A DNA stretch of 63,978 bases, the filler included, from Basidioascus undulatus (lineage: Eukaryota), in assembly GCA_000826855.1 (NCBI GenBank). It is 4 parts of 4 records of this genome, joined end to end, with 100 filler letters (N's around TTAATTAATTAA, not from the genome) between each part and the next. Parts side by side here need not be neighbours in the genome. Positions count along the whole stretch, not along the records: positions 1 to 10,903 come from JTLS01001069.1; positions 11,004 to 42,003 come from JTLS01000107.1; 2 more parts are not named here. One strand, written 5' to 3'. The first letter of the stretch is position 1, and each line of letters begins with the position of its first letter. The position numbers were made by a program, and so were the translations under genes. This document shows, piece by piece, positions 1 to 11,612 of the stretch. Under the pieces are notes generated by a model that was given only the letters and a program-made list of their open reading frames with translations, had not been told where the DNA came from and did not search any database.

Positions 1-1568
1 CTAGAGAGAGAAAGAGAAAATGAAGACGCACGGCCGTCCTTCCACCCCGCCGCGCTGGCGCTCGTGCCCGGCGCGCTCGGTGCATAGCGCGCATCCTCGT
101 CCGCATCCTCCGGCCACCCCTGCGCGCTCTCAACGCCCCACCGGAACATGCCCTGGCTCCGCCCGCTCCCACTGCTCCCGCGGCTGCCCGACGCGCGCGT
201 CCCGCCCGAAGCGACCGAGTGCGTTTCAGCCCAGCTCGACATGGAGTGCGCGGTCGCTAGCGAGCGACGCCAGGACGAGGGGGAGGGCGGGTCGGGTGGC
301 GCATCCGTCGCGCATTTGATGGAGAGGTTGTAGATCAGCGGCTCGACGCCGCTTGCGAATTCGAGATGGACGCGGATTGCGTACTGGATTGAGTGGAGAA
401 ATGCGGTTGTTTCAGTGTTGGGCAAGATCAGGCAGGGTGAGCGAAGAAAGCTCGGCGCACCGATATGACCACGAATGCGGATTCCGCGCTGGGCAGTTCC
501 CCCGCCGGGGAGAGATCGACAACGCCGTGCCAGCGCCCCTCGACATGCTCGAGCCGGAGCGCGTCCGTGCTCGAGAGCTTCTTGACGAACGGCTGGCGCG
601 GGTCCGTGAACGCCAGCGTGCGGTACAGGCCCAGCTTGACGCTCTGCGGCGGGATCGAGTCCGGCCCGAAGTCGAGGATGAGCGGGACGTGCGAGGAGAG
701 AGGGAAGATGCGCGTTTTGGGGATGAAGATCTGGGGAGTTGCGAGTTGTTAGTTTAGAGGAGAGGGTGGTGGGTGGGGAGAAGGGAGAAACGCACGCCGG
801 AACCTGGGAGGTCGTGCATCGGCATTGCGGACCACGCGGACGTGTCCTCCAGAGAGCGTGTTGGAGGAGCGAACGATCTCGGGATCAGCTGGATGGGCGC
901 CGATATACTGCATTGTCACCAGCGGACGACAAAGGCATTCAGTTTCGGGCTCTGCTCGACGGATAACTACGAAGGCACCTCGGGTACTTGTCGCCCAGGA
1001 ACTTGCTCCGTACCCACTTCACGGCGAGCTCGTACTCGACGTATACGTTCCTGCGCGTGCGGGCACCCTGGTCGTGATGGCGCTCGCTGCTGACGCTCGG
1101 CGGAAGTGGCCGCCCTGCGTCATCGCCCGGGGGGATCGCTAACTCGAAGGACTCGCCAGGGACAATGTCTTGGAGCGTGACCGGCTGGCAGACGGGGAAG
1201 ACAGCGGCGTGCGTGTGTTGAACGGAGTCCCAGGCGGTGAAGACGTCTTGCTTCTTTTCGGGCAGGTTGTTGTAGAAGCGGCCGCTGAACTGCAGGCGGA
1301 ACGCGAGATCAGCACCGCCCGCGGAGATCGAATGCTTCCATGAGCCGGAATTTACGGTGGCGGTGAGCTTCAGCTTAGAAGTCGATGGCTTAGAGCTGAG
1401 CAGCTCGACGGTGCCACGGAGGACATCGCCAGGCGCGAACCGGGCCTGGCCGGTTTGCGGACAGCGCTGGGGTGCGAAGAGCGTAAGTCGCGCGTGCCTC
1501 GTTTCGATGGAGACGGTGTGGACCGCTGGGTTGAGCGGAGCCGCGGCCGAAGGCGGCTGAGAGAACAT
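1..1568 (-). CDS. Arrestin-fold (arrestin N/C-like) protein, multi-exon; 3' end uncertain
   Basis: ATG at 1568. Beta-sandwich segments typical of fungal alpha-arrestin-like proteins: FAPGDVLRGTVEL, LPPS, VYVEYELAVKWVR, and later exons IFIPKTRIFPLSSHVPLIL and YAIRVHLEF. GT-AG introns. One frame stops at 226; another coding-like frame runs to the window edge. Confidence 0.6.
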
Positions 1569-2715
1569 CGAGAGAGGCTATGAATGAAGTGCGAGTGGCT
1601 GAATGATCGAGGTCCTGCTGCGGGACCGGTTCAGCTTCTTCCCCGGACTTGGATTGAAGGAGCGAGGGTGAGTACAAGGTAGGTCCGGTAAGTACTATTC
1701 ACAGTCGTCAGGAGGACGAGGGGGAGTGAGTGGGCGGAGGCCAAAGAGAGCCAGGCGCGGGCGCGAAAGCGATAGAACAAGTTTCAGGCACAGGGTCCGC
1801 GGCAGTGAGTGCCGAGCAAGCTGAAACGCTGAGTGAGTGAGGGAGGCCGCGCTGCTTTATGCAATTTCTTGCAATTATTCTGTCGGTGTCACTTTGAGGA
1901 GCGGATACCGGTGGATGTGGCCTATTCGGTGTAAATGAAGCAGCCACTTTACGAGTTGGTACGCAGGAAATGCAACAGGACAAATGCGCCGTTGCCTGGG
2001 CACGTCATTTCCAGCGGGTGGGGGCAAAAGGCCGCAGCATGATAGTACAGCCAACCATCATTGCCGAAGTCTAGCAAGCCCTTCGTCTGCTTTGAAAACC
2101 AATGATCAGGGGGCACAACATACCGGAGTAGCAACCGGGTTCTTACGATGATCAGGACAATCGAAACCGCATGACGAAAGGCCTGGGAGCGATGAATGAG
2201 GACAACGCTGTCCGAAATCCGGGACCCGGCTGCTGGACGAATACATCAACCCAAAGCTCCCAGCCAGAGCAGGAGAATGTGCTTGAGAGGACTTTTGCAT
2301 CTGTAATCATCTTGAATAAAAATGTCAGTAGCTGCTCTCGCGGCCGGCCAGATGCGAGGGACAAATGTGCAACGGACAACGAACCCGATGTTAACACTTT
2401 TTACTCATGCCAGCCAGTTCACATACAAGGCGACAGCTCTGAGCTTGCAAGTGGGTTTATTAATCTGCTCGAACTCATTGATCCAATGTGGTCTACAAAC
2501 TCGCAGGAAACCCTGCAAGCCTGAGTGACTGCAAGTTCAGCACTTGAACGCTTGCAACGACCTCCTGCCCCGGGCAACGGTCTCGAAGATGAGCTACTCT
2601 TCGAAATTGATCCTGAATAAAATGTTTATTTTGACTCATTTCAACAAGAACCCGTCAATGTGCCAGAAGACATGAAGCCTAAGTTTGAAAGTGCAACGTG
2701 CACTGGCTTGCTCAA

Positions 2716-3700
2716 CTAGGACCATGCCATGCTATCCGTGCTCAAGTCTACTGAGGCCGACTGTATCTGTGGTATTAAACTGAGAACTTTGCCCCTCAAA
2801 AGTATCTTGTCTTTCAGCTCCAGGGGCTCGGAAGGGGCTTCGGATTCCTCGGCTGCTTTGCTTGACCGTTGCCATGTGCATGGGACAACGGCCGCCTTGC
2901 TGTGACCCTTTCCTGAGGTCCGAAGAAAGATAATCACAATCGTGAAATTCAGAGCAAAACTATCATGCGAGATGCTTAGTCGAATATGTGGGGTCAAGCA
3001 CCGGCAGTCAAAGACGGGCAGGCGTGCCAGTTTTTCAACGCACCTTCCGCATGCTGGAGCTTCGTCGAGGTGCTACTAGAAACGATCAAACAAAAAGTGA
3101 ATGGATATTTTCCTTATAGTGTGTATTCGTATCTTCTTCTCCCTTAGTATGGTACCACGCATCACGGGTTTACAGCAAGATGCAGCAAACTTTTGCATCC
3201 AGCTCGACATCTGACTCCACCACCTAACCTTCTCGGCCCATTCAGCATACATCTTGCTGTCCGTTCCACAAGTTTCAGAGCCCACTCGTGTGTTTCGACG
3301 TACTCTTTGCGGTGTCGCACCGTACCTACATCTTGCAGTGTCAGAAGCAGGCCAGCTCGCAGATACGCCGAAGAACAACGTCCCCTCAAGCAATTGCGAG
3401 CGCCGCCCTCTTCCGTGACACTTTGCTATCTCACTTATCTCATCCTTTCCGTATACGCACGCCCACGAGATCGCCTCGTATTCTTGCCGTTGCGCCATCC
3501 TGCTTGAGCCTTTGCATACAACACACACTCCGGCGACGCCATCCGACTTCAAGGCGCTTGCCGATGATCCTAAACCGATGTATTCCGAGGAGAAACCGGC
3601 AACAAAACGGGCAGGCACAGCAACGATACAACACGGACAAATGGCAGTGACGAGTTCCGGGGGCAGCGGCGCGAAAGCTCGCACAAATTTGAAGATGGAA
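2716..3700 (-). pseudogene. Degenerate F-box/LRR-like gene
   Basis: FAPLPPELVTAIC...VCVVCKGSSRMAQRQEYEAIS resembles the basidiomycete F-box pattern LPxEL..I...LCLV.K...AQ..LY..I. No nearby ATG; downstream LRR-like pieces lie in other frames. Confidence 0.4.
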
Positions 3701-3848
3701 CCGGGGGAAAGCAGAAAAGAGAGTGGTGTGGCACGGTGCGGGTGGAGGGTGGTAAGGCAACCCGTCCTGCTTGACGGCCATGGGAAGGATGAAGAACCGA
3801 GATTCACAGAGCAGGCGGAGGAAACATGATCATTGGGAGACGGGCAAA

Positions 3849-4403
3849 TCACTGGGAGTCGGCCTGGGCAGGTGTTGACATGATCAGGACCACGCTCCAG
3901 GGAGCCAAGTGGGTGCTGCAAGCAGACTCACCTCGGCCTCACGCTTCCAGGTCTTTCCACCGCGCATGTCACCGGGCAGGCCAGAAGGCTCGTTCTGTTT
4001 CGCATGAGCAGTTCAGGTCAGCCAACAGCGACCTCTGGACGACATCGCTGATGAAAGAAGACGCACGTCCGCCTCACGCTTCCAGGTCTTGCCGCCGCGC
4101 ATGTCACCCGGGAGGCCCCACGAGGGCTCGTTCTGTTTTGTATTAGAATAAGGAAGGGAATTTTAGCGGCCAGGCGCCTCTGAACCACATAGCTGATGGA
4201 AGAAGACGTACGTCGGCCTCGCGCTTCTCAACCGCGACGTTCTCCACGGAGTTCTGCTCACACAGAACCATATCCCACAATCAGGAGCCCGCACACCCGA
4301 TGTTTCCACGCGCGCGTCGTCGCACCTGAGCAGGGGTAGGGGCGGCGGACACGCCAACCGCAAGGGCAGCGACTGCTACGGCAGCGGCGGTGAAGAAACG
4401 CAT
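3849..4403 (-). CDS. Secreted Kex2-processed repeat protein (KEP) precursor, 87 aa, 5 exons
   Basis: Exons 4403-4326, 4253-4212, 4132-4067, 3994-3932, 3863-3849, separated by four phase-0 GT-AG introns of 68-79 nt. Protein: MRFFTAAAVAVAALAVGVSAAPTPAQNSVENVAVEKR-EADNEPSWGLPGDMRGGKTWKR-EADNEPSGLPGDMRGGKTWKR-EAEADSQ*. Signal peptide plus three KR-EA sites. Confidence 0.9.
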
Positions 4404-7400
4404 GACGATGGTGCTGGTTCGGGTCGAAGGAAGAAAGCGGGGTAGGGAACGTGGGCCGTCTATCAGAGATCTGGCGTAGTAGTGGGGCTTCGAGGAGGAG
4501 CGGGTGGAGGAAAGGGAGAGTTGGGCCTGTCGCAGGGGCAAGGTCGGGCCTTCTTGTACTAGCGCGAGCGGGGCACGGCAAATCGGCTGCTCTCATCAAC
4601 GCGCGCGAGACGCCGCCGCGTCTCACTGCCAAGGCTCCGCTCGAGATCGCCCCGCCCTCCTCTTCGGCATACTCCAGCCTCCTTCGCCTCTGGTACGCTG
4701 ACACCACAGCTCATCTTGTGTTCTTGGCCGCCAGCAGCACTCATACACCCTCACCGAGTTGCTGGTGCTCGCTACACAACGAAATTGTTAGAAAAAGAGG
4801 CTAGTCGCCCGCCCAGTCGGACATTCACACTGATTCGCACACTCCAGCTGCGTCGAACGAGCGTGTGCTCTGCAGTGGCGCAAATCCGCCCAAGACACCT
4901 CCAGCGGCAAAGAGCAGATCAAGCACGCCGAGCCGTATCACAGGCTGCCCACACGTTGAGCTTCGTCAAACACACGAAAACGCCAACTACGTCCGACGGT
5001 GCTGTGCTTGCTAGCCGTAAAAGGCATGGGCGTGCCTGCACGCGTGCAATTAATGTCATAAATGTCGCAGTGCTTAGCGTTGTGCGGCTCATCCCGGCTG
5101 GACCTGAGCGAACCTTGCTCCAGCCTCTGGACAACGTGCCTGCAGGCAGCAGCTTTTCATTCAGACTGAGTCGCTGAGCTTGCGAAGCGAAACGGACGCA
5201 TGCCCTTGGTCTTATGCGCCCAGAAGCTCAGTGATTCTCGTGTTGTTGGAGTCGCGTACGTATCATCATCCAAGACGCATTCAATTGTTCGCTAAGGACT
5301 TGACGTCGAATGACAGGCGAGACACACAGCGCAGCGCCATATTAATAGTATCGACCTACATACCCGCCGCAATAATTATTGTGTTGATCTTCTTTGCCCC
5401 TCAAGAATAATCGAGTTACTCCGATTGCCGCAGCTTCCCAACAGAAGATTCTTTCCGCTTGCGCAGCGTCATGAATCTCTACGGCCGCCGCCAGTAGCCG
5501 CCACCCCCGTGAACGCGAGCAGTTTGGCCTGCTGTTACCCCTTGGGTGATGAGTTGATCGTGGAAGGTATCCTCGCTCGGCCGGGCCCCAGACTACTTGC
5601 TATTTGCTTTGAGTCTTTGCCGCAGGCTTTCACGACTGCCTTGAGCGCCCAGCACACTGCCATGTTATCTATCACTTTGGGGATGTAGCCCCTCGAAGTC
5701 GTTGTCGCTGATGACCGCGCGGAACAGCGCTGTCCCGAAGGATCAGTCCAAAATGTTGTAGAGCATGATGGTGAGCTACCTGCGGGTCCCATGGTGCATG
5801 GTGTTAAGCGGACGGCAGCGAAGAAGTATGCAAAGTGGAGCAGCGGGTCACCTGCCACTCGACTCGCAGAGATCTACTACATCATCCCCGGCTCTGCATC
5901 CTTTTCTCCGCGACCGTCGTCATTCTCATCGGAGTATAAAGGGCCCCCTTGTATTCCTATGGACATGCAAATCTCAGAATCCTTCAGAAATGCGTCTTGC
6001 GGCAACTGCGGTGAGCCTTTCACACGCAGTACAGCACCGGAACAGCATTTCCCGATATGCACAAGTCTGCAAGATGCGCCGTACCGGTACTGCATGATTG
6101 CAGTGTGCTCAGAGACGAAAAACACGTACCATCGCTTTCCAGTAAATGGGCTCTACTAGGTGTAGAGTGTACAATGAGCATCGTGAGGCCGCTCGTCGCA
6201 CAAGTTGAAAGATTCTGGCGCTGAATGCAGGCCGCAGCGGCCCGCACGCGCCGAGCATGTCACGCAAAACAGACACATCCCAAGTCAGACAATACATACT
6301 ACCAGGACTCATATGCATTCAGAAGACACTCGAAGAGAATGCCCCCGAATTACAGCTGACCATGCCAGACGTAGAGCCGGCTTTCCGATCTGCCGCTGCC
6401 CTCTAGCATGTCTGCAGAAGCTCAGTCCCAGAGGCCGTGTGATCCAAAGCAAGAGAATATTTGTTTGGGACAAGGGAGTTCAAAGAAGTAGCCTCTGATG
6501 GGCTTGTGTGCGAAGATGTATTTGTTGAATGGATGTGCGTCGGACGACTGCGACTTGCACAGCGTCACGATATGCACATCTACAACCTAGTCTCCCCGTT
6601 CGATCCTCGATCGATGACCCTAAACGGTTGTCAAAACATACACCTATGAATCGTGAAGGGTTTCCAGACCAGTCGTTGCACTGGTTGCTCCTGCCCTGGG
6701 ACGGTTATGACTTCGTCCTCAGACAGCCTTCTCCTGCTGAGTTTCTAATATATTGGTCCCAATGAAAACAAGTCAAAATATTTGATGTGTTTTGAAGTCC
6801 TGCGCTGCCTCTTCGGCCTCACCCGCAGGCAGTGATCGGTCGCCTTGGGGACCAGGTCGATCGGACTGAGGAACGAATCCCACTGCTCGTGCCATACCGA
6901 CATCTCCGGAGTCCCATTTGACTGTTCTACGTAGATTCCAAATGTACATGCATAAATATCCGTACTCCGCCAGTGGAGGGGCATCATCATCTCTTTGTCA
7001 ACACTCCCACTTCTCCTGCTGCACAACGATGCTCTTCACCCTACCTTCCCATGCCCGTCCGCGATCGTATCTCCAACCACACCTCTTTCCACCGAATGCA
7101 AGTAATGAGCGTGAATGTTCAGTCAACCCGGCCGTGCGAGGCGAGCGGCAAGGCGCCTGCGGCGGTCATGTGGCGCCGGCAAGGCGCTTTTGCGGCTGGG
7201 TGGCGCGGTGTGGCACACCGTCGAGGCTGAGCTGGGAGAACTTTGTTGCTTTCATTCGCTTTAGTCTTTTGTTCGTTCAGGTCGGCGAATTGCACTTGTT
7301 TGGTCCCGTCACACCCGGACGAACGGTACATAAACATCCGCGAGCGGTCGTGCCGGCGGACCTTCCGCCTGGTGAGCAGTCCTGGCTGACCCAGCGGGTG

Positions 7401-8287
7401 TAACAAAGAAATCGATGGCAAGGGCTGCAGAGGAGAAGATGTCGCAGGCACAGAACACCGGCCAAGACATGGAGGATTTATGTGAATGATGGAAGGCTGA
7501 GCAAGAGGCAGAGTGAAACTGCCAGTCAGACCGAGCTCGAGGACGGTCTGCAGCCCGCTACCATAGGGCATCTGTAGCAGGACCCCTACCTTGCTTGGGA
7601 CCACAGGTTAGAATGCCTCCCGGTGGTATAAGAGGAATGATAAGAGCTCAGGCAGGGTTGAATACGCCGGCGCGGTGTGAGAGTTTCAATTCGACTGAGG
7701 CAGAACAGTATATTCCACTGCGGGGAACACTACTGTACCACTACTCACAATTATTCCATAACCGCAAAGCGAAGGGAATACACACCAACTTCAACCACCG
7801 TCTCGATTTTTCATGATTCCCAGTGCTTCTCTCCGAAGAGAGTGAACTAGCACAGCGGCTGGATCACGTTGTATGCTTGCTACTGTCAGAGTAGCTAGCG
7901 CGGAAAACGGTTTTGGCAATATTCGGAAAGAATTTTGTGTTTTCTTCAGACTGTTCAAAAGCGTAGTTGGGCGAATAGGCTGTCGAGGTAGCACGACTCG
8001 GACTCGGAGCTCACTTCAGGGCAGTCACAGACGCACCCATGGGAAGCGATTTGAAGGAGTTTCAGGCCGTTAGTAGTACCGTTAGGGATTTCAAGGGAAT
8101 ACAGAATTCGGAAGCGAGCGGGAATAGCGGAATACGGAATGGGCTGTCGTCTCATCCATGCGCCCGTCGCCGTCTCTTCTTCCCAAACCATCACCATCCC
8201 AGACGCCCAGTCAGCTCGTCTGCGCAAGCCATTTTATAACTCCACCTAGATTTTCTCAAAGCCATCCGCATTTTCATCACCTCCACG

Positions 8288-9151
8288 ATGCCTGTTCACC
8301 AGCTCTCCCTCGATGTCCTCGGACTGATCGTGGACGCGGTCGCCACCCTGCCTCACCTGCGTGCCTACCGCTACGACTCCGCCTCGCTTGCGACTCTGGC
8401 CTCTCTCTGCCTCGTCATGGCGTCAAGGGGCTCGCCCAGCCCAAACTATACGCCTCGTTCAACTTCTCCAAGATCAAAACCCGTGATGCTCGCGGCCGGC
8501 AGACATTTGAGCGCTTCTAGTTCCGTGTCGGCAAACCCTGACCTCCTTCAGTACACTCGGTTCCATCTTCCTGCCTTCCGAGTCATTCTCAGGCATTCAG
8601 GTCAACGAAGAGGCATCTCTGTTCTGAGCACTGTGATCCAGTCCTTGAGCCATCATAAATCCAGTCTCGAGCGCTTTTCTATTCCTACAACGTACTCCAA
8701 GAGGTTGTTGACCTGATAGGAAGTTTCACCACACTCGAAGAACTTGCATGCCCGGAGATTCCTTTTCGCACTCGTCTTCTTCCATTTCGGCGGTACATAA
8801 GGCTTGCACGCTTGACTGTTTGGAAACACATCCTTCGCAAGCCGGACGTGGTCGATGCCATTCTCGTAATGCCATGCCTATAGCACGTTGCCATAGCTTC
8901 GGGATGGGCCTGGAAGTTTGACGGCTCTCCGATAGAGGTTATCCAGCAGCTTCTTATGGGCAGCTTGGCTCTGCGACGTGCCATTTTCGTGCTTCACTCG
9001 AATGCCTCCATGCTAAAAGCCGACTTCGAACATTCTCATCAAGCTCGAGCACGTGGCGGTCAACCTCGTGGTGGCTCCAGACAGCGTCTGGTTTGACCAA
9101 CGTATTGCTGACGGAACCATTTCGGATTTGGGGGCTGAGGACGAGGGTTGA
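8288..9151 (+). pseudogene. F-box/LRR-like pseudogene
   Basis: MPVHQLSLDVLGLIVDAV...LASLCLV, frameshift, KGLAQPKLY, frameshift, SVSANPDLLQYTR. Later LEELACPEI...MPCL*HVAI contains an in-frame TAG. Confidence 0.55.
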
Positions 9152-9557
9152 TGCGTCGCTCCATGGCGCTTCTCCTTGTGGTCCCCATTCTTGTTGTGGC
9201 AGGGGAGGACTGAGCAGGTTGTTGCAAATACCGGGGGGCGTTTACGCAGTGTCTGCACCATGGACATTTTGTTGCGAAGCTTGAACATCTTGCTGTTTCT
9301 CGCAATGCGAACTTGTCTGAAATCAAATAATCAAAGCGCCCGAGTGGTGTATCAACTGTGGCAATTTCCCGTACATCTCAAACCCAAGCTCCCTCGCTTC
9401 ACCATGAGCACGGGTGGGGGGCTCAGGGACTGTTCCCTTCCTGCTTCTGCAAGAAGGCTAGCGCTGGCATTCCGGCGCCGTTCCTTGTCATACCTAGTAA
9501 CCTGGCTTGACCAAAAGTACAGCTTGGAAGTTGGACAGATCGGCATCCAAAAAGAAG

Positions 9558-9639
9558 CTCTCTGGCCGGGAATTGAACCCGGGTCGCCCGCGGTCAGATG
9601 AATGACAAGCGGATATACTAGCCACTATACTACCAAAGA
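9558..9639 (-). tRNA. tRNA-Asp(GUC) with 10-nt intron
   Basis: Acceptor stem TCTTTGG/CCAGAGA; D-arm GTATAGTGGCTAGTAT; anticodon arm TCCGC-TT-GTC-A[ttcatctgac]C-GCGGG; T-arm CCGGG-TTCAATT-CCCGG; T5 Pol III terminator just downstream (9549-9553). Confidence 0.93.
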
Positions 9640-10602
9640 GTTGTCGCTGGAGTTGTTTTTCTACAAAAAGATATTTCAAGCCAGCCGTTGACAGGCTTTC
9701 GACCTTCACTTCGGTTCTCGCCTCTGTTTATGGTGTATATAATTGGCGGGAAACCGGCATTGTTTCCCCAAGCGTGTTCCGTTCCAAGGAACTTACTTGC
9801 CTTACCTGTTGATTGCGGGTCGCCTCTGCCTCTGCCTCTGGAAAGCTCCCTTGCTTCGTAGGCAGCTTGTGTGCTTTCGTCTGATGTACTCGGAACCTTC
9901 GTCCAAGGTGTAGATCCTGAAGTCCGGATACCAGGAGCAGAGGACACCCCACACATATCATAGCATCTTCTGTCCACCATCAGACTTCGCATATGTGGGG
10001 CTGCGCCGCTGGCTGAAGTTCTGTAAGAGATCACATATTCAAGTGTTAGGATAAGGTCTTATGAAAGAAAATGCTCTGCTTGTGTTACTTCGAGGCAATG
10101 CTTACTATCCGGTGCGGGCCGCTGCTCGCATCCTCGGCCTGCAACAAAGCTCGTGGCTCGCGGCGTCTTTCAACACTGCTCGAGCAGATTGCTTACTTTG
10201 CCCAGTAATACACATTGCGGCGCCAACGTACCAGACAGACTGCTGTGCCGTGCTCGCGGGATCCTGATGACTGGAGTTGTCCGCTGCAGCATTCCCAGTC
10301 CGCAGCGGTCACAGTCGCCTGCTTACATTGTGCACCGCTCGCCAGACTGGCATACTGGCATTCACAGAGTTTTTGCGGGCTCCGAACGTAGAGTTCTTGA
10401 TGAAGCGAGTCACATGCTATGAGTCGTGAAGCTCACAAGCGAGAGAGACGACCGCCTGAGGTCTCTTAGTCACACACACCCTGCCACTCGACTGGAGCGC
10501 CGTCAATGTTAGTCGCCAGCTTTTACCATGTTAGTTAGTTCTGGGCGGTCACTTAACAATGCTTCCCAACAGCCCAACTTTACATCTTTCTACACTGCTT
10601 CA

Positions 10603-10888
10603 ATGCCAAGCCTCCCCACCTTCCTCAAAAAGTCGAAGGCGCCCTCGCGCCGCTGCCCAACGAATCCACAGCGACACTCGTCCCACCAGCTCCGCACCTC
10701 CTCAGGCACATTCCACCCTGCCTTCACCCGTCGAATCGTCCGCGACGCTGATCAATTCGCCCGTGACCGGTCGGACCTCGCAGCAGATGGCGCAGCATGA
10801 GGCGACGATCAACAGGCTCATGGAACTCAACAAGAACCATGGGGTGGTGGGGTGTTACGAGTTTACGGGCGCGGTGATGGGGCGGTAG
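10603..10888 (+). CDS. Possible small hypothetical protein (needs a frameshift or unseen splice)
   Basis: MPSLPTFLKKSK in one frame and a GC3-rich C-terminus (HEATINRLMELNKNHGVVGCYEF) in another. No family recognised. Confidence 0.2.
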
Positions 10889-10903
10889 CTGGAGTTGGGG
10901 TAG

Positions 10904-11003
10904 NNNNNNNNNNNNNNNNNNNNNNNNNNNNNNNNNNNNNNNNNNNNTTAATTAATTAANNNNNNNNNNNNNNNNNNNNNNNNNNNNNNNNNNNNNNNNN
11001 NNN
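10904..11003. other. Artificial contig-joining linker
   Basis: N44-TTAATTAATTAA-N44; the core has stops in all six frames. Confidence 0.98.
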
Positions 11004-11612
11004 GACGCAGAGAAAGGTGCGGCTGAAGCGGGAGAGGACCATGAGAGGGTGAAGCCGGTTGCACAGGCGAGCTGAGGGGAAGCCAAACGCAGAGTTAGTA
11101 ATGCGAGCTTGGGGAAATAAAATATCGAAAAATGGACACACCTTCACCTCTACTTCCCGTACCTCGACGCCCACCCCACCCATGCTGAGCACAGTCCCCT
11201 CCCGAGCGCCGTACTTTTTCTCCTCAGGCACCACGTCCATCTCCCACTCATACTCGTCCCACGCGCCGCCCTCAGGAGCCTGGGGCCAGTCGACCTCGTC
11301 GCCCCACTGGACGAAGAACGTGCCCGCCTCGGACGTGCGCAGGGCCTGGAGGGCGAGCATGTAGTGCGCGTTGGCCGGGGCGGGGGCGAGGGAAAGGTAT
11401 TGCGTATAGGTGCGCGGCTCGCTTTTGGAGCCGAAGAGGAGCGGGCCGGCCGCGGGGGCGTGGAAAGGAGCGACCGAGGAGAGCCAGGGGGTTTGGAGGA
11501 GATTGGAGGAGGAGGGGGAGGGGGTGGTGAAAGGCGACTGGTGCATGGGGAGCGCCGTGGAGGACACGGCTGCTGAGGCCAGGAGCGCTAGGGCTGCGGT
11601 GCGGTGGTGCAT
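11004..11612 (-). CDS. Secreted protein, 5' part only (cut by contig end)
   Basis: MHHRTAALALLASAAVSSTALP signal peptide; strong GC3 bias; GT donor after VEVK. Family not recognised. Confidence 0.6.

Noticed and set aside
3932..4253. Regularly spaced direct repeats as a CRISPR array or transposon end
   Set aside because: The repeats are coding exons with flanking splice sites, there are only 2-3 units, the context is eukaryotic and no cas genes are present.
3849..4403. Canonical basidiomycete mating pheromone or dikaritin RiPP cluster
   Set aside because: No CAAX motif and a signal peptide is present. No STE3 receptor, DUF3328 (HxxHC) or tyrosinase gene was recognised on this contig.
5180..7820. 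Possible tailoring or receptor genes next to the KEP
   Set aside because: Only short ORFs broken by stops, with no motif I could recognise. Decayed genes may be present but I cannot support a call.
10948..10959. TTAATTAATTAA palindrome as a biological site
   Set aside because: It sits in the centre of N-runs three times and is an artificial six-frame-stop linker.
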